A DNA stretch of 63,842 nt, the filler included, from Nanobdellota archaeon (GTDB lineage Archaea > Nanobdellota > Nanobdellia > B33-G15), in the NCBI GenBank assembly GCA_003660925.1. It is 3 parts of 3 records of this genome, joined end to end, with 100 filler letters (N's around TTAATTAATTAA, not from the genome) between each part and the next. Parts side by side here need not be neighbours in the genome. Positions count along the whole stretch, not along the records: positions 24,957 to 49,588 come from QMVD01000003.1; 2 more parts are not named here. The stretch is one strand, 5' to 3'. Numbering within the stretch: the stretch's first letter is position 1; each line of letters begins with the position of its first letter. Position numbers and translations under genes: made by a program. Under the pieces are notes generated by a model. It was not told the origin of the DNA. It saw only the letters and a list, made by a program, of their open reading frames with translations, and searched no databases. Positions 37,750 to 46,977 of the stretch are shown one piece after another.

Positions 37750-38490
37750 TTATTTATGAACTTTCCTCTCGAGATATCCCTTCACGCTCTCGTACGTTTT
37801 CATAGCGTCTTCCCAAGTCCTCGTCTCAATTATGAGCTTTCCTGGGGAGATCTTCTTCATTAATTCTAAGAACTTCTCATTTTCTTCGGTTAAGAGGAAG
37901 GCGGAGTGGGAGTCATACTCCCCCTGATTGTCGTGGAGGTGCACGTAACTTATGTGCTTTTTCAATGAGTTGATGAACTCGAACTTGTCCTCCACGAACC
38001 CCCTCTTCTCAGCTAACTTTAAATGGCCCCAGTCCAGGCAAAACCCGAGTCCTGGGACTTTTTCTAAGGTCTCGAGGATCTCTTGATGTGAGGAGAACAG
38101 GCCCCGGTTGTTGTTCTCCAAGAGGAGTTTTCCGGAAAAGTTGCTTGTCAAGGTCTCGAGGAGCTTGAAGTCCACTCTCTTCACGTCCCTTGCGATGTGG
38201 AAGACCACTTCCTTTGCTCCGAAGATCTCAGCCACGTATAAATCCGCCTTTAACATCTTTTCCTCAGCATCGGCGAGGAGCTTGTTACCTGAAAATAAGT
38301 GATGGGTCCTCGAATGTAGGCTGAGATCGTATGCGGATAATTTCGGGGCGATTTTTTCCTTCAAGGTCTCCTCGATGAACGGTAAGTAGGATTTACTCAA
38401 GTTCACTTCTATGACTTTGGAGGGGAGCTTATTCAGCACGAAATTCCAACCGCTCCTCGGTAAACACGATGTGCTGAAACCTAATTTCAT
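37750..38490 (-). CDS. Sugar phosphate isomerase/epimerase-like TIM barrel (AP_endonuc_2 fold)
   Basis: LLENN, CLDWGH, HLHDN.G..DSH, IIE. Confidence 0.8.
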   Translation of the reverse strand: MKLGFSTSCLPRSGWNFVLNKLPSKVIEVNLSKSYLPFIEETLKEKIAPKLSAYDLSLHSRTHHLFSGNKLLADAEEKMLKADLYVAEIFGAKEVVFHIARDVKRVDFKLLETLTSNFSGKLLLENNNRGLFSSHQEILETLEKVPGLGFCLDWGHLKLAEKRGFVEDKFEFINSLKKHISYVHLHDNQGEYDSHSAFLLTEENEKFLELMKKISPGKLIIETRTWEDAMKTYESVKGYLERKVHK

Positions 38491-38494
38491 TCTT

Positions 38495-38914
38495 TCACCC
38501 CAATTTTAATGCTATCAAAACGGCTCCAACGATCATCAAGAGCGCCCCCAACATGTCCTTCAGGCTTAGGCTCTCCCCGAGGAAGAGGATGGAGAAGAAG
38601 AACACGAAAGCCAAGCTCAGCCTGTCCACGGAGGCCACCTTACTCGCTTCTCCGAACTTTAAAGCCACGAAATAGAAGAGCCAGGAGAGAGCCCCGGATA
38701 AAGCTGCTAAGAGGATGTAGAACAGGGCGTTCCTGTTCATGGTTTCCTTCCACTTCCCGGTTATCCCGATGATCCCCAACAAAAAGGCGAACATCACGCC
38801 AGCCCTTATGGCGCTCGCGAAGGTGGGGTCAACATCCTTTATCCCTATCTTCCCGAAGATGGTGACCAATGAGGCGAAGAGAGCAGAGAGCAAGGCGAAG
38901 AACAGCCATTCCAT
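38495..38914 (-). CDS. EamA/DMT family transporter (half-size)
   Basis: ALLSALFASLVTIFGKIG...SWLFYFVALKFGEASKVASVDRLS...FLGE. Confidence 0.88.
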   Translation of the reverse strand: MEWLFFALLSALFASLVTIFGKIGIKDVDPTFASAIRAGVMFAFLLGIIGITGKWKETMNRNALFYILLAALSGALSWLFYFVALKFGEASKVASVDRLSLAFVFFFSILFLGESLSLKDMLGALLMIVGAVLIALKLG

Positions 38915-38948
38915 GCCCTTTATAAGGTCTGCCTGCTTAAAAAATTTG

Positions 38949-39419
38949 ATGAGGATCACCCTCGGGTTCGAGTACGGAAGGTGCGACGTGTGTGGGGAGG
39001 AGAAGCAGGTGAGGATTCTATTAGATGACAAGAAGGCAGCTAGGATATGCGCTGATTGCGCGAACAGGTTGAGAGGGACGAGCGAAGAAGTCCTCTTAAA
39101 GTACGGGAAGCCCTACAAGAGGGTGGAGGAGGGGATAAGCATCTTTGACATAAAGCTGCTGGTGGTTGACGAGGACATGTGGGAGGGGTTTGGAGAGGAG
39201 TTAACGGAGTATCTAGAGGGAAAATATGAAGTGACCTTGGCAAAGGGGAGGAGGTTCGAGAAGAAGTTCAAGAAGGTGGAGAGGGGAGCCATAAGCAATT
39301 CCCTCTCCATTTTCAGGCAGGTGGACTTCAAATTAGCCATAGACCCTAAGTCAGAGAAGGTGAGGGAGAGGGCGGACGTGGTCGTAAATTCGCCGTCAGA
39401 GGTTATGCAGTACCTATGA
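38949..39419 (+). CDS. Hypothetical Zn-finger protein with degenerate HAD-like tail
   Basis: CDVC...ICADC; IKLLVVDED...ADVVVNS. Confidence 0.65.
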   Translation: MRITLGFEYGRCDVCGEEKQVRILLDDKKAARICADCANRLRGTSEEVLLKYGKPYKRVEEGISIFDIKLLVVDEDMWEGFGEELTEYLEGKYEVTLAKGRRFEKKFKKVERGAISNSLSIFRQVDFKLAIDPKSEKVRERADVVVNSPSEVMQYL

Positions 39420-40143
39420 GTTCCTTAAACCTCAGCGCGTCCTCTTTCATGTAGACGTTGTTGAACATCACGTAGATGTCCTTAGCTTCCAACCCTTCTA
39501 ACTTCTCCTTTAACTCTTTTAACTCCTTTTCTGAATACTTATGTTTGTAGTCTATCCTCCCTTTCTCGTAGCTCCCATGGAGCCTGAAGTAGACGATGTC
39601 TTTGATATAAGAGGGCATCTGAAGGAAGGGGTCGGTGACCTGAATCAAATCCAACTCCTTACAAATCTTCCCGAACGCTTCCAAGTCCCACCCCCTCAGC
39701 TCTAAGGCTATTTTTAACTCGTCTCTCTTGGCCTTCGAGAAGAATTCCTTGAGGTTTTGCAGGTTTTCCTCACTCTCCTTAAAACTCCTAGGTAACTGGA
39801 TAAGGCAGATTTCTGCCCCCAATACTTTACAGACCTCTAAGGTCTTTTCCCAGAAATTGAGGACCTCTCTGGTGGGCCTCAGGAAACCGACCTTTCCCTC
39901 GAGCCTTTCGAGTTCTTCTGGCTTTAATCCAGACCTCCTCCAAGTGGGGCTCTTGATGGGATGGGTGACTCCTTGATGACACTTGACCGAGAACTTGAAG
40001 TCTTCAGGGACCTTTTCCCTCCACCTCTCTGCGGTCTCTAGCTTGGGCAATTTGTAGAAGGTGGAGTTGATTTCTAAGACTTTGAACCTCTTGGCGTACT
40101 TCTCCAGGCCTTCAGGCAACCCACAACAACCGACCCATATCAT
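39403..40143 (-). CDS. DUF72 family protein
   Basis: VGCCG, EINSTFY, FSVK, QLP.SF, ELRG, YFRLHG, MFNN. Confidence 0.9.
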   Translation of the reverse strand: MIWVGCCGLPEGLEKYAKRFKVLEINSTFYKLPKLETAERWREKVPEDFKFSVKCHQGVTHPIKSPTWRRSGLKPEELERLEGKVGFLRPTREVLNFWEKTLEVCKVLGAEICLIQLPRSFKESEENLQNLKEFFSKAKRDELKIALELRGWDLEAFGKICKELDLIQVTDPFLQMPSYIKDIVYFRLHGSYEKGRIDYKHKYSEKELKELKEKLEGLEAKDIYVMFNNVYMKEDALRFKELIGTA

Positions 40144-40691
40144 AACCCCAACTCTTCGGAGACCTCCTTCATGGCGTTCAAACCTATCTCGAGGAACTCC
40201 TGAAGGGAGAGGCCCAGCTTCTCACAATACAAGATGTTCTCCCTGGAGACTTTCTTGGCGAAGTCCTTTGACTTGAACTTTTTCATCAAGGTCTCCACCC
40301 TTACTTCTTCCAATTTCTTGGAAGGCATGACCAAGGCAGAGGCAACTATTAATCCGGAGAGGGCATCAGAGGCTATCAGGGCGTAATCCATCTCCTTTTT
40401 GGGCATCACCCCAGTGTTCTCGAAGTTATGGGCTTTTATGGCGTACAGGGCCTCTTCGGGAAGTTTTCCCTCCAACATCTTCGCGCTCTTCAGGGCGTGT
40501 TCCTTCCAGTCATCCTTGGTCTCCTCATAGTCTATGTCGTGCAGGATGCCAACCACTTCCCACAAGTTCTCGTCCTCTCCCAGCCTTCTCGCCAACCCCT
40601 TCATGATGGCCCCCACAGCGATCATGTGTTTTATCAGGTTTTGATTGCTCACTTTTTCTTTTACGAGAACTAATGCTTCCTCCCGATTCAT
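40140..40691 (-). CDS. HD(IG)-domain hydrolase
   Basis: KHMIAV, GILHDIDYE, AIKAHN, DALSGLI. Confidence 0.9.
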   Translation of the reverse strand: MNREEALVLVKEKVSNQNLIKHMIAVGAIMKGLARRLGEDENLWEVVGILHDIDYEETKDDWKEHALKSAKMLEGKLPEEALYAIKAHNFENTGVMPKKEMDYALIASDALSGLIVASALVMPSKKLEEVRVETLMKKFKSKDFAKKVSRENILYCEKLGLSLQEFLEIGLNAMKEVSEELGL

Positions 40692-40710
40692 GCATTCTCA
40701 TACACAAATC

Positions 40711-40721
40711 TTTTTATAAAA
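40711..40721. promoter_or_regulatory. Bidirectional palindromic TATA box
   Basis: TTTTTATAAAA, 27 and 29 nt from the divergent ATGs at 40740 and 40691. Confidence 0.6.
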
Positions 40722-40739
40722 CTGTTTCGGAGTTTTTCC

Positions 40740-41288
40740 ATGCCCATCATAGGTGTCTTGGGCAAGATAGGCTCTGGAAAAGGGACCTTCTCCGAATACC
40801 TCAGGGACAAGTATGGGTATAAAGTCATCGTGATGGGAGACATCGTGAGGGAGATAGCCGCGAAGTTAGGGTTAGAGCCGAACAGGGAGAACTTACAAAG
40901 GATTCAGAAAGAGTTCACCTCGAGATATGGACAGGATTACTTCGCTAAAGAGGTGGTTCGGAGGATAAAGGAGGGAGGATGGGAGAACGTGGTGATAGAT
41001 GGTATGAGGAGACCGCTCGACGTGGAAGTTCCCAAGAAGGAGTTTGGGGACAAACTGATTGTGGTTTTGATAGAGGCGGACCCTAAAATAAGGTTCGAGC
41101 GGATGAGGAAGAGGAAGAGGGTAGGTGACCCACAAACCCTAGAGGAATTCTTGGCCCAAGAGAAGAGGGAGATGGAGCTCTTCAACTTGGAGAAGGCCTT
41201 CAGCTACGCTCAATACAAGATAGAGAACAACGGGACCCTCGAGGAGTTCTACAAGAGGATAGACGAGTTCATGAGGAAAATTTCTTAA
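40740..41288 (+). CDS. P-loop nucleotide kinase (dephospho-CoA kinase/UPF0200-like)
   Basis: GKIGSGKGT, MGDIVR, IDGMR, RFER, IENNGT. Confidence 0.82.
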   Translation: MPIIGVLGKIGSGKGTFSEYLRDKYGYKVIVMGDIVREIAAKLGLEPNRENLQRIQKEFTSRYGQDYFAKEVVRRIKEGGWENVVIDGMRRPLDVEVPKKEFGDKLIVVLIEADPKIRFERMRKRKRVGDPQTLEEFLAQEKREMELFNLEKAFSYAQYKIENNGTLEEFYKRIDEFMRKIS

Positions 41289-43107
41289 TCTTCACGTCAA
41301 CTACCTTGAGGTTCGGCTCCCTACTTAAGGGGTCTAGTTGGAACGGGATTAACTTGTTAACTAGGGCTTTTGGAAAGTGGAAGGGAATCACCACCACTCC
41401 ATCATCCACTTCCCTTTCTCCCTTCACCTTTATCCTTATCTTTCCTACCTCTGACTCGATTTCTACGAGATCCCCGTCCTTTAACTTGAGCTTCCTCATG
41501 TCTCTTGGGCTCATGTAGCAGTAAGGTTCTCCAGCGAACTTCTTCAACGTCTTGCTCCTTAAGGTCATATCTCCGGTGACGAAATGCCAGGGGAGCCTCT
41601 TCGTGGTCAGCACGAAGGGATACTTCCTAGTCTTCTCCTCCTCCACCGCGGTGAACTCCACGGGGACGAACTTCTCCCACTTGTGCTCCTTGTCCGCGAA
41701 GGCTCCCTCTATCCTGAACAAGTCCTCGAACTCTATGTGCTTAAAGGGCTCCACTTTCTCCAACATCTCCCTCGTGGTGTCCCAAACGCCTTTGTGCTTC
41801 AGAGGATAACCGAACGCTTCGAACAAGTCCTTCAGGATCTCCCAGTGGGTCTTTCCGCAGATGGGCTTTATCACCCTTTTGAAGGCTCTCACCCTCCTCT
41901 CAGCATTGGTTATCGTGCCGCTCGATTCCAGGATCGTGGTGGCTGGTAACACCACATCAGCGAACTTCAACATGCTATTCTCAAAGGGACCAGCGTACAC
42001 CACGAACATGTCCCTCAACTTTTCATGCACCTTATCCAACTCCGGGAAGGATTGGGCGATGTTGGAATCCATGACATAAATGGCCTTTATCACGTCCCCA
42101 AACAAGAGCTCTAAGATACCGTCTCCTCTCGGATAACAACCCACGTCCCCGCACCCTTGGATGTTCACCTTTCCCCTCATGCACACGACTCTTCCTCCCT
42201 TCAACAGGGCGAGGTTCGTGACCCCTAACACGTTCTTCGTCCCTGAGACGTGCTGGGTCATGGCCATCCCATACATTATCACCAACCTCTCACTCCTCCC
42301 TATGAGGGAAGCTGCCCTCTCCAAGAGCTTTTCCTTCACGTCACATTCCTTTGCTACTTTTCCCGACTCGTACTTCGAGACTAAGGATTGGAGCTCGTAA
42401 AAGCCGTCCGAGTAAGGGGCTTCTTCATCATAAAGCTTGTTCTCGATGACGTATTTCGCTAGGAAGTTCAATAAAGGCAGGAACCTACCACTCTTTATCT
42501 TGAGGTGGAGGTCAGCGTGTTTTGACGAGAAGCTGAAACTGTCTTCCACCACTATCAACTTCGCCCCTCTCTGCTTAGCTCCCAACACCTTGTTGAAGGC
42601 GACTGGATAATCTGATTTTGGGTCAGAGCCTATGATCAATATGCAGTCAGCATCTTTTATGTCATCTATGCACGCGCTCATGGCCCCTAACCCGAAGGCC
42701 ATCTCGAACGCCTTTATGGTGGAGGCATGACACAACCTCGCGGAAGAGTCTATGTTTCCCGTCTTGATCACCCTCCTCGCGAACTTCTGTAGCAAGTAAT
42801 TGGCCTCATTAGTTGTCAGCCCAGAGCCATAGAAGGCTATCTCCTTTGGCCTGAGCTTTGAGAACTCCTCCTCAATCTTCCTGTAAGCTTCTCTCCAAGA
42901 GGTGGGGACTAACTTGTTACCCTTCCTGAGCATGGGTTTCCTTATCCTCCTTATGCTCAAGGGCTCATGACAGGTCAGCCCTTTGATGCAAGGCTTCCCC
43001 TCACTTATAGGATCTTCCTTACAAGGCAACACCTTCTTTATCTTCCCCCTCTCCACCACGAATTCCAACAAGCAGCCACAACCGCAATAAGGACAGATGC
43101 TTCTCAT
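41269..43107 (-). CDS. Molybdopterin oxidoreductase, formate dehydrogenase alpha (FdhF)-like
   Basis: CPYCGCGC...CIKG 4Fe-4S site, ARLCHAS, MRGKVNIQG, ADVVLP, GTITNAERR; TATA 28 nt before ATG 43107. Confidence 0.85.
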   Translation of the reverse strand: MRSICPYCGCGCLLEFVVERGKIKKVLPCKEDPISEGKPCIKGLTCHEPLSIRRIRKPMLRKGNKLVPTSWREAYRKIEEEFSKLRPKEIAFYGSGLTTNEANYLLQKFARRVIKTGNIDSSARLCHASTIKAFEMAFGLGAMSACIDDIKDADCILIIGSDPKSDYPVAFNKVLGAKQRGAKLIVVEDSFSFSSKHADLHLKIKSGRFLPLLNFLAKYVIENKLYDEEAPYSDGFYELQSLVSKYESGKVAKECDVKEKLLERAASLIGRSERLVIMYGMAMTQHVSGTKNVLGVTNLALLKGGRVVCMRGKVNIQGCGDVGCYPRGDGILELLFGDVIKAIYVMDSNIAQSFPELDKVHEKLRDMFVVYAGPFENSMLKFADVVLPATTILESSGTITNAERRVRAFKRVIKPICGKTHWEILKDLFEAFGYPLKHKGVWDTTREMLEKVEPFKHIEFEDLFRIEGAFADKEHKWEKFVPVEFTAVEEEKTRKYPFVLTTKRLPWHFVTGDMTLRSKTLKKFAGEPYCYMSPRDMRKLKLKDGDLVEIESEVGKIRIKVKGEREVDDGVVVIPFHFPKALVNKLIPFQLDPLSREPNLKVVDVKIKKFSS

Positions 43108-43197
43108 CACATCTTTTAACAAATCACGACTTAAATTAATTTCCCAGATTTGACCAGAAAACTTTTAAGATTTCTCGACCAAATCCTTCCTTATGCG

Positions 43198-43245
43198 AGG
43201 GGTGCCTACACGCTCTGAGCTCTTCCTTATCGGGTAGGCACCCCC
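43198..43245 (+). promoter_or_regulatory. GC-rich 12-bp hairpin in a putative 5' leader
   Basis: AGGGGTGCCTAC (43198-43209) / GTAGGCACCCCT (43234-43245), perfect inverted repeat. Confidence 0.6.
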
Positions 43246-43263
43246 TTCTAAAATTCTAAGGGG

Positions 43264-43512
43264 GTGATGAAGGTGAACAAGAGAGAGGGCTCTCGAGGCG
43301 AAAACCCTGGTGGACTGGAAAGGATTATAGAAATCCTGGAAAAGGAGGGCAAGATCTCTGTCGAGGATGCCAGGGAACAGTGCAAGAAGGGATATGGCTT
43401 CAGCTTTTCCACGAGAGCTATCCTAGTGGAGCTCTTGGACGCCGGTTACTGGGTGAAATTGGAAAAGGGATACATAGTGAAGGAAGAACCTAAGAGGGCC
43501 TATGAGGTCTGA
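43264..43512 (+). CDS. Small hypothetical protein (start uncertain: 43264, 43267 or 43273)
   Basis: GGGGTGA SD-like site; typical codons; wHTH-like size. Confidence 0.6.
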   Translation: MMKVNKREGSRGENPGGLERIIEILEKEGKISVEDAREQCKKGYGFSFSTRAILVELLDAGYWVKLEKGYIVKEEPKRAYEV

Positions 43513-43738
43513 GGAACTGAGGTCAGCGATGCTCATCTTATTACTTTATCTAGAAGGCATGACCTTCTCGAGGGCAGCTAGGGAAATATCCAAGGTCCTA
43601 GGAGTCTCGGAGTCCACTGTGAGGTGGAACTTAAGGAAGTTAAGGGATCAAGGATTCGTGATCTGCGGGAGCAAGGAGGAGAAGTTCGTGCCTTTAAGGT
43701 TGACCAGAAAAGGCATGAGGTTGCTGAAGAACTTGTAA
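43502..43738 (+). CDS. Winged-HTH transcription regulator
   Basis: SRAAREISKVLGVSESTVRWNLRKLRDQG...LTRKG. Confidence 0.8.
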   Translation: MRSEELRSAMLILLLYLEGMTFSRAAREISKVLGVSESTVRWNLRKLRDQGFVICGSKEEKFVPLRLTRKGMRLLKNL

Positions 43739-43775
43739 GAAAACTTTATTTACTTCTCCTTTTTCTTCCCCTTGA

Positions 43776-43851
43776 GGGGCCGTGATCTAGCTTGGTCCAG
43801 GATGCCACCCTGGGGCGGTGGTAGTCCCGGGTTCAAATCCCGGCGGCCCCA
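43776..43851 (+). tRNA. tRNA-Pro(GGG)
   Basis: GGGGCCG/CGGCCCC; CCACC-CTGGGGC-GGTGG; GTTCAAATC. Confidence 0.95.
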
Positions 43852-44250
43852 TTGATAAGGAAAGGGAAGAAGGAAGACACTGGCCAAGTTTTGAGGATAT
43901 TCAAGGAGAATTGCGAGGAGATATACGAGGAGGAGAAGCTCGGGAAGGCGATAGAAGAAGGGGAGCTGAAGTTGTTGGTTTATGAGGAAAAGGGAGAGAT
44001 CCTTGGCTTCTTAGCCTACCTGGAGAAACCTTATGGGATAGTTATCGATGAAATACACGTGAAGAAGGGGTTTAGGGGGAGAGGAATAGGTAAAAAGCTG
44101 GTGAAAGAGCTGGAGAATCTAGGGAGGGATCTCATAACCTATGCCAGAGAAGAGGTGATCCCTTTCTTCGAGGAGCTTGGGTTCGAGCGAAAGGACAAGT
44201 ACTACCCTTACATGGGGATCAAGTTCTGGAAGCTCGTGAAGAAGAAATAA
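43852..44250 (+). CDS. GNAT acetyltransferase
   Basis: IHVKKGFRGRGIGKKL, FFEELGF; TTG start directly after the tRNA. Confidence 0.85.
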   Translation: MIRKGKKEDTGQVLRIFKENCEEIYEEEKLGKAIEEGELKLLVYEEKGEILGFLAYLEKPYGIVIDEIHVKKGFRGRGIGKKLVKELENLGRDLITYAREEVIPFFEELGFERKDKYYPYMGIKFWKLVKKK

Positions 44251-44304
44251 ACTTTTTAAGTCAGGACGATTAAACGTAATTAAGCGGGGGAGCAAGCATG
44301 GGAG

Positions 44305-44670
44305 ATGAGGAAGGTCGTGGGTTACCACATGGTGATAGAACTACAGGGCTCTCCCCTATTCAAGAGTAGGGCGGAAGATATCTTGGATTCTTTGATGGAG
44401 ATCTCTAAAAAAGCTGGCCTCTCCATCGTGGGAGGGCTAAAGCACCAGTTCAACCCAGAGGGGGCGACTGCCATAGTTTTGTTGAAAGAGTCTCACATTT
44501 CCATCCACACCTGGCCAGAGCATGATTACGCTGCCCTTGACATCTTCACCTGTGGAAAGGAAGGTAAAGAGAAGTCCGAGAGGGTCTTGGAGCTCATCAA
44601 GGAGACCTTCAAACCCAAGCACATAGAGATACACATGAGCAGGACGAGGGGGCCAAGCAAAAATATTTAA
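44305..44670 (+). CDS. speD: S-adenosylmethionine decarboxylase proenzyme
   Basis: HQFNPEG.T..LL.E|SHISIHTWPE, DIFTCG. Confidence 0.9.
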   Translation: MRKVVGYHMVIELQGSPLFKSRAEDILDSLMEISKKAGLSIVGGLKHQFNPEGATAIVLLKESHISIHTWPEHDYAALDIFTCGKEGKEKSERVLELIKETFKPKHIEIHMSRTRGPSKNI

Positions 44671-44694
44671 CTGTCCTGGCTTTATGAAAGAAAC

Positions 44695-46044
44695 ATGCGG
44701 AAGTCCTTGATGTTCGTCCTATTTCTACTGTTCTCTACTTCCCACGCTATGCTTATCACCTATCAAACGGTCAAAGGGAGCGCGTATCCTGGGGAACAAA
44801 CCATATACAAGGTGTACATAAAGAACAACGAGAACGTGTCTAAGAGGGTTTATATACTGAGGACATCTCTCTGGCCTTCTTCGGTGGAGCCCAGCTACAT
44901 CCTGGACTTGGGGCCTTACGAGAACGAGACGGTCACCGTGAGGTTCAGCGTCCCCTCCGACGCGAATAGGGGAGGGGTCTTGCATCAGATAGAGGTGAGG
45001 TGGGATTCTGAGAGCATGCTCATTCCCATCATCTCCATGGTGGAGATCCCGGCCTATGGAAAGGTCTTCATAAGCGACCTGAAGGTCTCCCCTTCTGTTG
45101 ACCCAAGGGAAGGAGTTCACTACAACCTCTCTGTCACGAACAATTATGGGGACTTGACGATAGAGGTGAATGTGAGCGTCTTCGATGAGTTTATGGTGAG
45201 CTCAGAGAGCTTTAATCTCTCCTTGGAAAAAGGGGTGAACGAGATATCCGATAAACTGCTGATCCCGAGGTTCACGAGGCCCGGCAATTACACCTTCAAA
45301 GCAGCCTTATTCTATCACGGGCTCCTTTCGGAGAGAGAGGAGAATTTCTCGGTCGTAGGCTATGCGGAGCTCGTGAAGAGCGTGAAGGAGGAGTACAACT
45401 TGTTGGGAAAGAGCTATGTCATCGTGGTGGAGAACAGGGGAACCGTATCCGGTAGCACCTCGATATCAGAGGAACTCTCCCCCATGGACAGGTATCTCAT
45501 GTTGAGTACGAACGGAAAGAGGGAGGGGAACAACATAACTTGGGAGGCGGAGTTGGGACCATGGGAGACCAAGAGCTTTTACTACTACGTCACCTTCCTC
45601 CCATTCTGGTTTGTTCTTTTCTTCATCTTCCTCTTGCTCTTTGTGTTATATAGGATGCTCCAAAGAGTGGAGGTGGACAAAGAGGTGGTGGAGTACTCCA
45701 TCAGCGAACAGGGGATAAACATGAAGATTCAGGTGAAGGTGAAGAATGTGTGGAAAGGTTCAGTCAAGGACGTGAAGATATACGATCCCCTCCCAAACAT
45801 CTCTTGCAAGGTCTTAGGATATGGCGTGGTGGAGGGAACTGTGGTCAAAAGAAAGGGGAAGAACTACGTGCATTGGACCATAGAAGAGATAAGGCAGGGG
45901 GAGGAAGTCATCCTGTTCTATCACCTGAGGATAAACGTGGGGATCATTGGAAAGTTGGTGATAGAGCCGACAGAGGTTGAGTACGTGTCCGCTGGGAGGC
46001 AGTTCTTGAAGAAGTCCAACCTCCTCATCCTGAAGTCGGAGTAA
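44695..46044 (+). CDS. Single-pass membrane protein with Ig-like domains on both sides
   Basis: Signal peptide; beta-rich extracellular part with sequons; TM FLPFWFVLFFIFLLLFVL; cytoplasmic VKVKN...KDVKIYDPLP. Confidence 0.75.
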   Translation: MRKSLMFVLFLLFSTSHAMLITYQTVKGSAYPGEQTIYKVYIKNNENVSKRVYILRTSLWPSSVEPSYILDLGPYENETVTVRFSVPSDANRGGVLHQIEVRWDSESMLIPIISMVEIPAYGKVFISDLKVSPSVDPREGVHYNLSVTNNYGDLTIEVNVSVFDEFMVSSESFNLSLEKGVNEISDKLLIPRFTRPGNYTFKAALFYHGLLSEREENFSVVGYAELVKSVKEEYNLLGKSYVIVVENRGTVSGSTSISEELSPMDRYLMLSTNGKREGNNITWEAELGPWETKSFYYYVTFLPFWFVLFFIFLLLFVLYRMLQRVEVDKEVVEYSISEQGINMKIQVKVKNVWKGSVKDVKIYDPLPNISCKVLGYGVVEGTVVKRKGKNYVHWTIEEIRQGEEVILFYHLRINVGIIGKLVIEPTEVEYVSAGRQFLKKSNLLILKSE

Positions 46045-46077
46045 ATATTTAAAAAAGGACTACCTTCTCTTCTTCGT

Positions 46078-46198
46078 CCCGCCCTAGCTCAATGGTAGAG
46101 CGCTCGGCTGTAGTTGTGGTCGGAGCAGGTGAAGAACCATCGATGAGAGACCATCAGCCGAGACCGAGAGGTTCCCGGTTCGAATCCGGGGGGCGGGA
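46078..46198 (+). tRNA. tRNA-Tyr(GTA) with a 49-nt intron (46114-46162)
   Basis: CCCGCCC/GGGCGGG (C1-G72); CTCGG-CTGTAG[intron]A-CCGAG; GTTCGAATC. Confidence 0.9.
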
Positions 46199-46278
46199 CA
46201 TCATATCTCATAGGATCTTGGACGGGTGTAAAACTATCCCCTTGACTTCCACTCCTTTCACGCTCTTTTTAATCTTCC

Positions 46279-46977
46279 CTACGAATTCAACAATTTCCTC
46301 TCATCTCTTAGGATTTCATAGGATTTTGGAAAATTTTCCCTCAATTTCCTCGTGAACACCTTCCCACTCGCTCTTAGGTTCAAAAGCTCTATCCAGTAGA
46401 AGTCCACGAATTTCTTGGTTTTTCTCACCAACCTCTTAACATTCGTCATCCCAGGGATCACAGGACTTATGAAGCCATAGGTCCTTATCCCTTCTTCCTT
46501 CAGTCTCCTCAACGCTTCTATCCTCCTCTCGTTGTCTGGGGCGACAGGCTCAAAATTTTCCTTGACCTTCTCATCGTTTATAGTCAGTCCTATCTCAATC
46601 TTCTCGAACCTCTTGAACAAACCGATGTCCCTCAACACCAAGTCAGACTTCGTTAAGATAGAGAGGTTTACTTTCTTGTTCATGTTCTCTAATATCTTCC
46701 TCGTCAGCTTCAGTTCCCTTTCAATGGGTTGATAGGGGTCAGAGACGGTGGACATGACCACCCAACCATCCACATATCTCCTCGCCAATTCCGGGGCATT
46801 TGTCTTTACCTCCACCCAGCTTCCCCATCTCCCGTACCTTTTCCACCTGCATATGAACTTGGCATAACAGTAAAGACAAGTGTGTCCACACCCCACGTAT
46901 TGGTTTATTACCCATTTAGCTCCAGGTATCCCACTCCTCACGAACAACTTCTTGGCTTTTACCTCAATTACTTTCAT
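46279..46977 (-). CDS. Radical SAM protein (SplB/Rv2578c-like); possible frameshift near the 3' end
   Basis: INQYVGCGHTCLYCYA, SDPYQ.IE, LTKS, EP.AP. Confidence 0.82.
   Translation of the reverse strand: MKVIEVKAKKLFVRSGIPGAKWVINQYVGCGHTCLYCYAKFICRWKRYGRWGSWVEVKTNAPELARRYVDGWVVMSTVSDPYQPIERELKLTRKILENMNKKVNLSILTKSDLVLRDIGLFKRFEKIEIGLTINDEKVKENFEPVAPDNERRIEALRRLKEEGIRTYGFISPVIPGMTNVKRLVRKTKKFVDFYWIELLNLRASGKVFTRKLRENFPKSYEILRDERKLLNS

Noticed and set aside
43198..43245. Hairpin as a SECIS element for the FDH-like gene
   Set aside because: The active site is encoded as Cys (RLCH) with no in-frame TGA, and the hairpin lies upstream of that gene's promoter.
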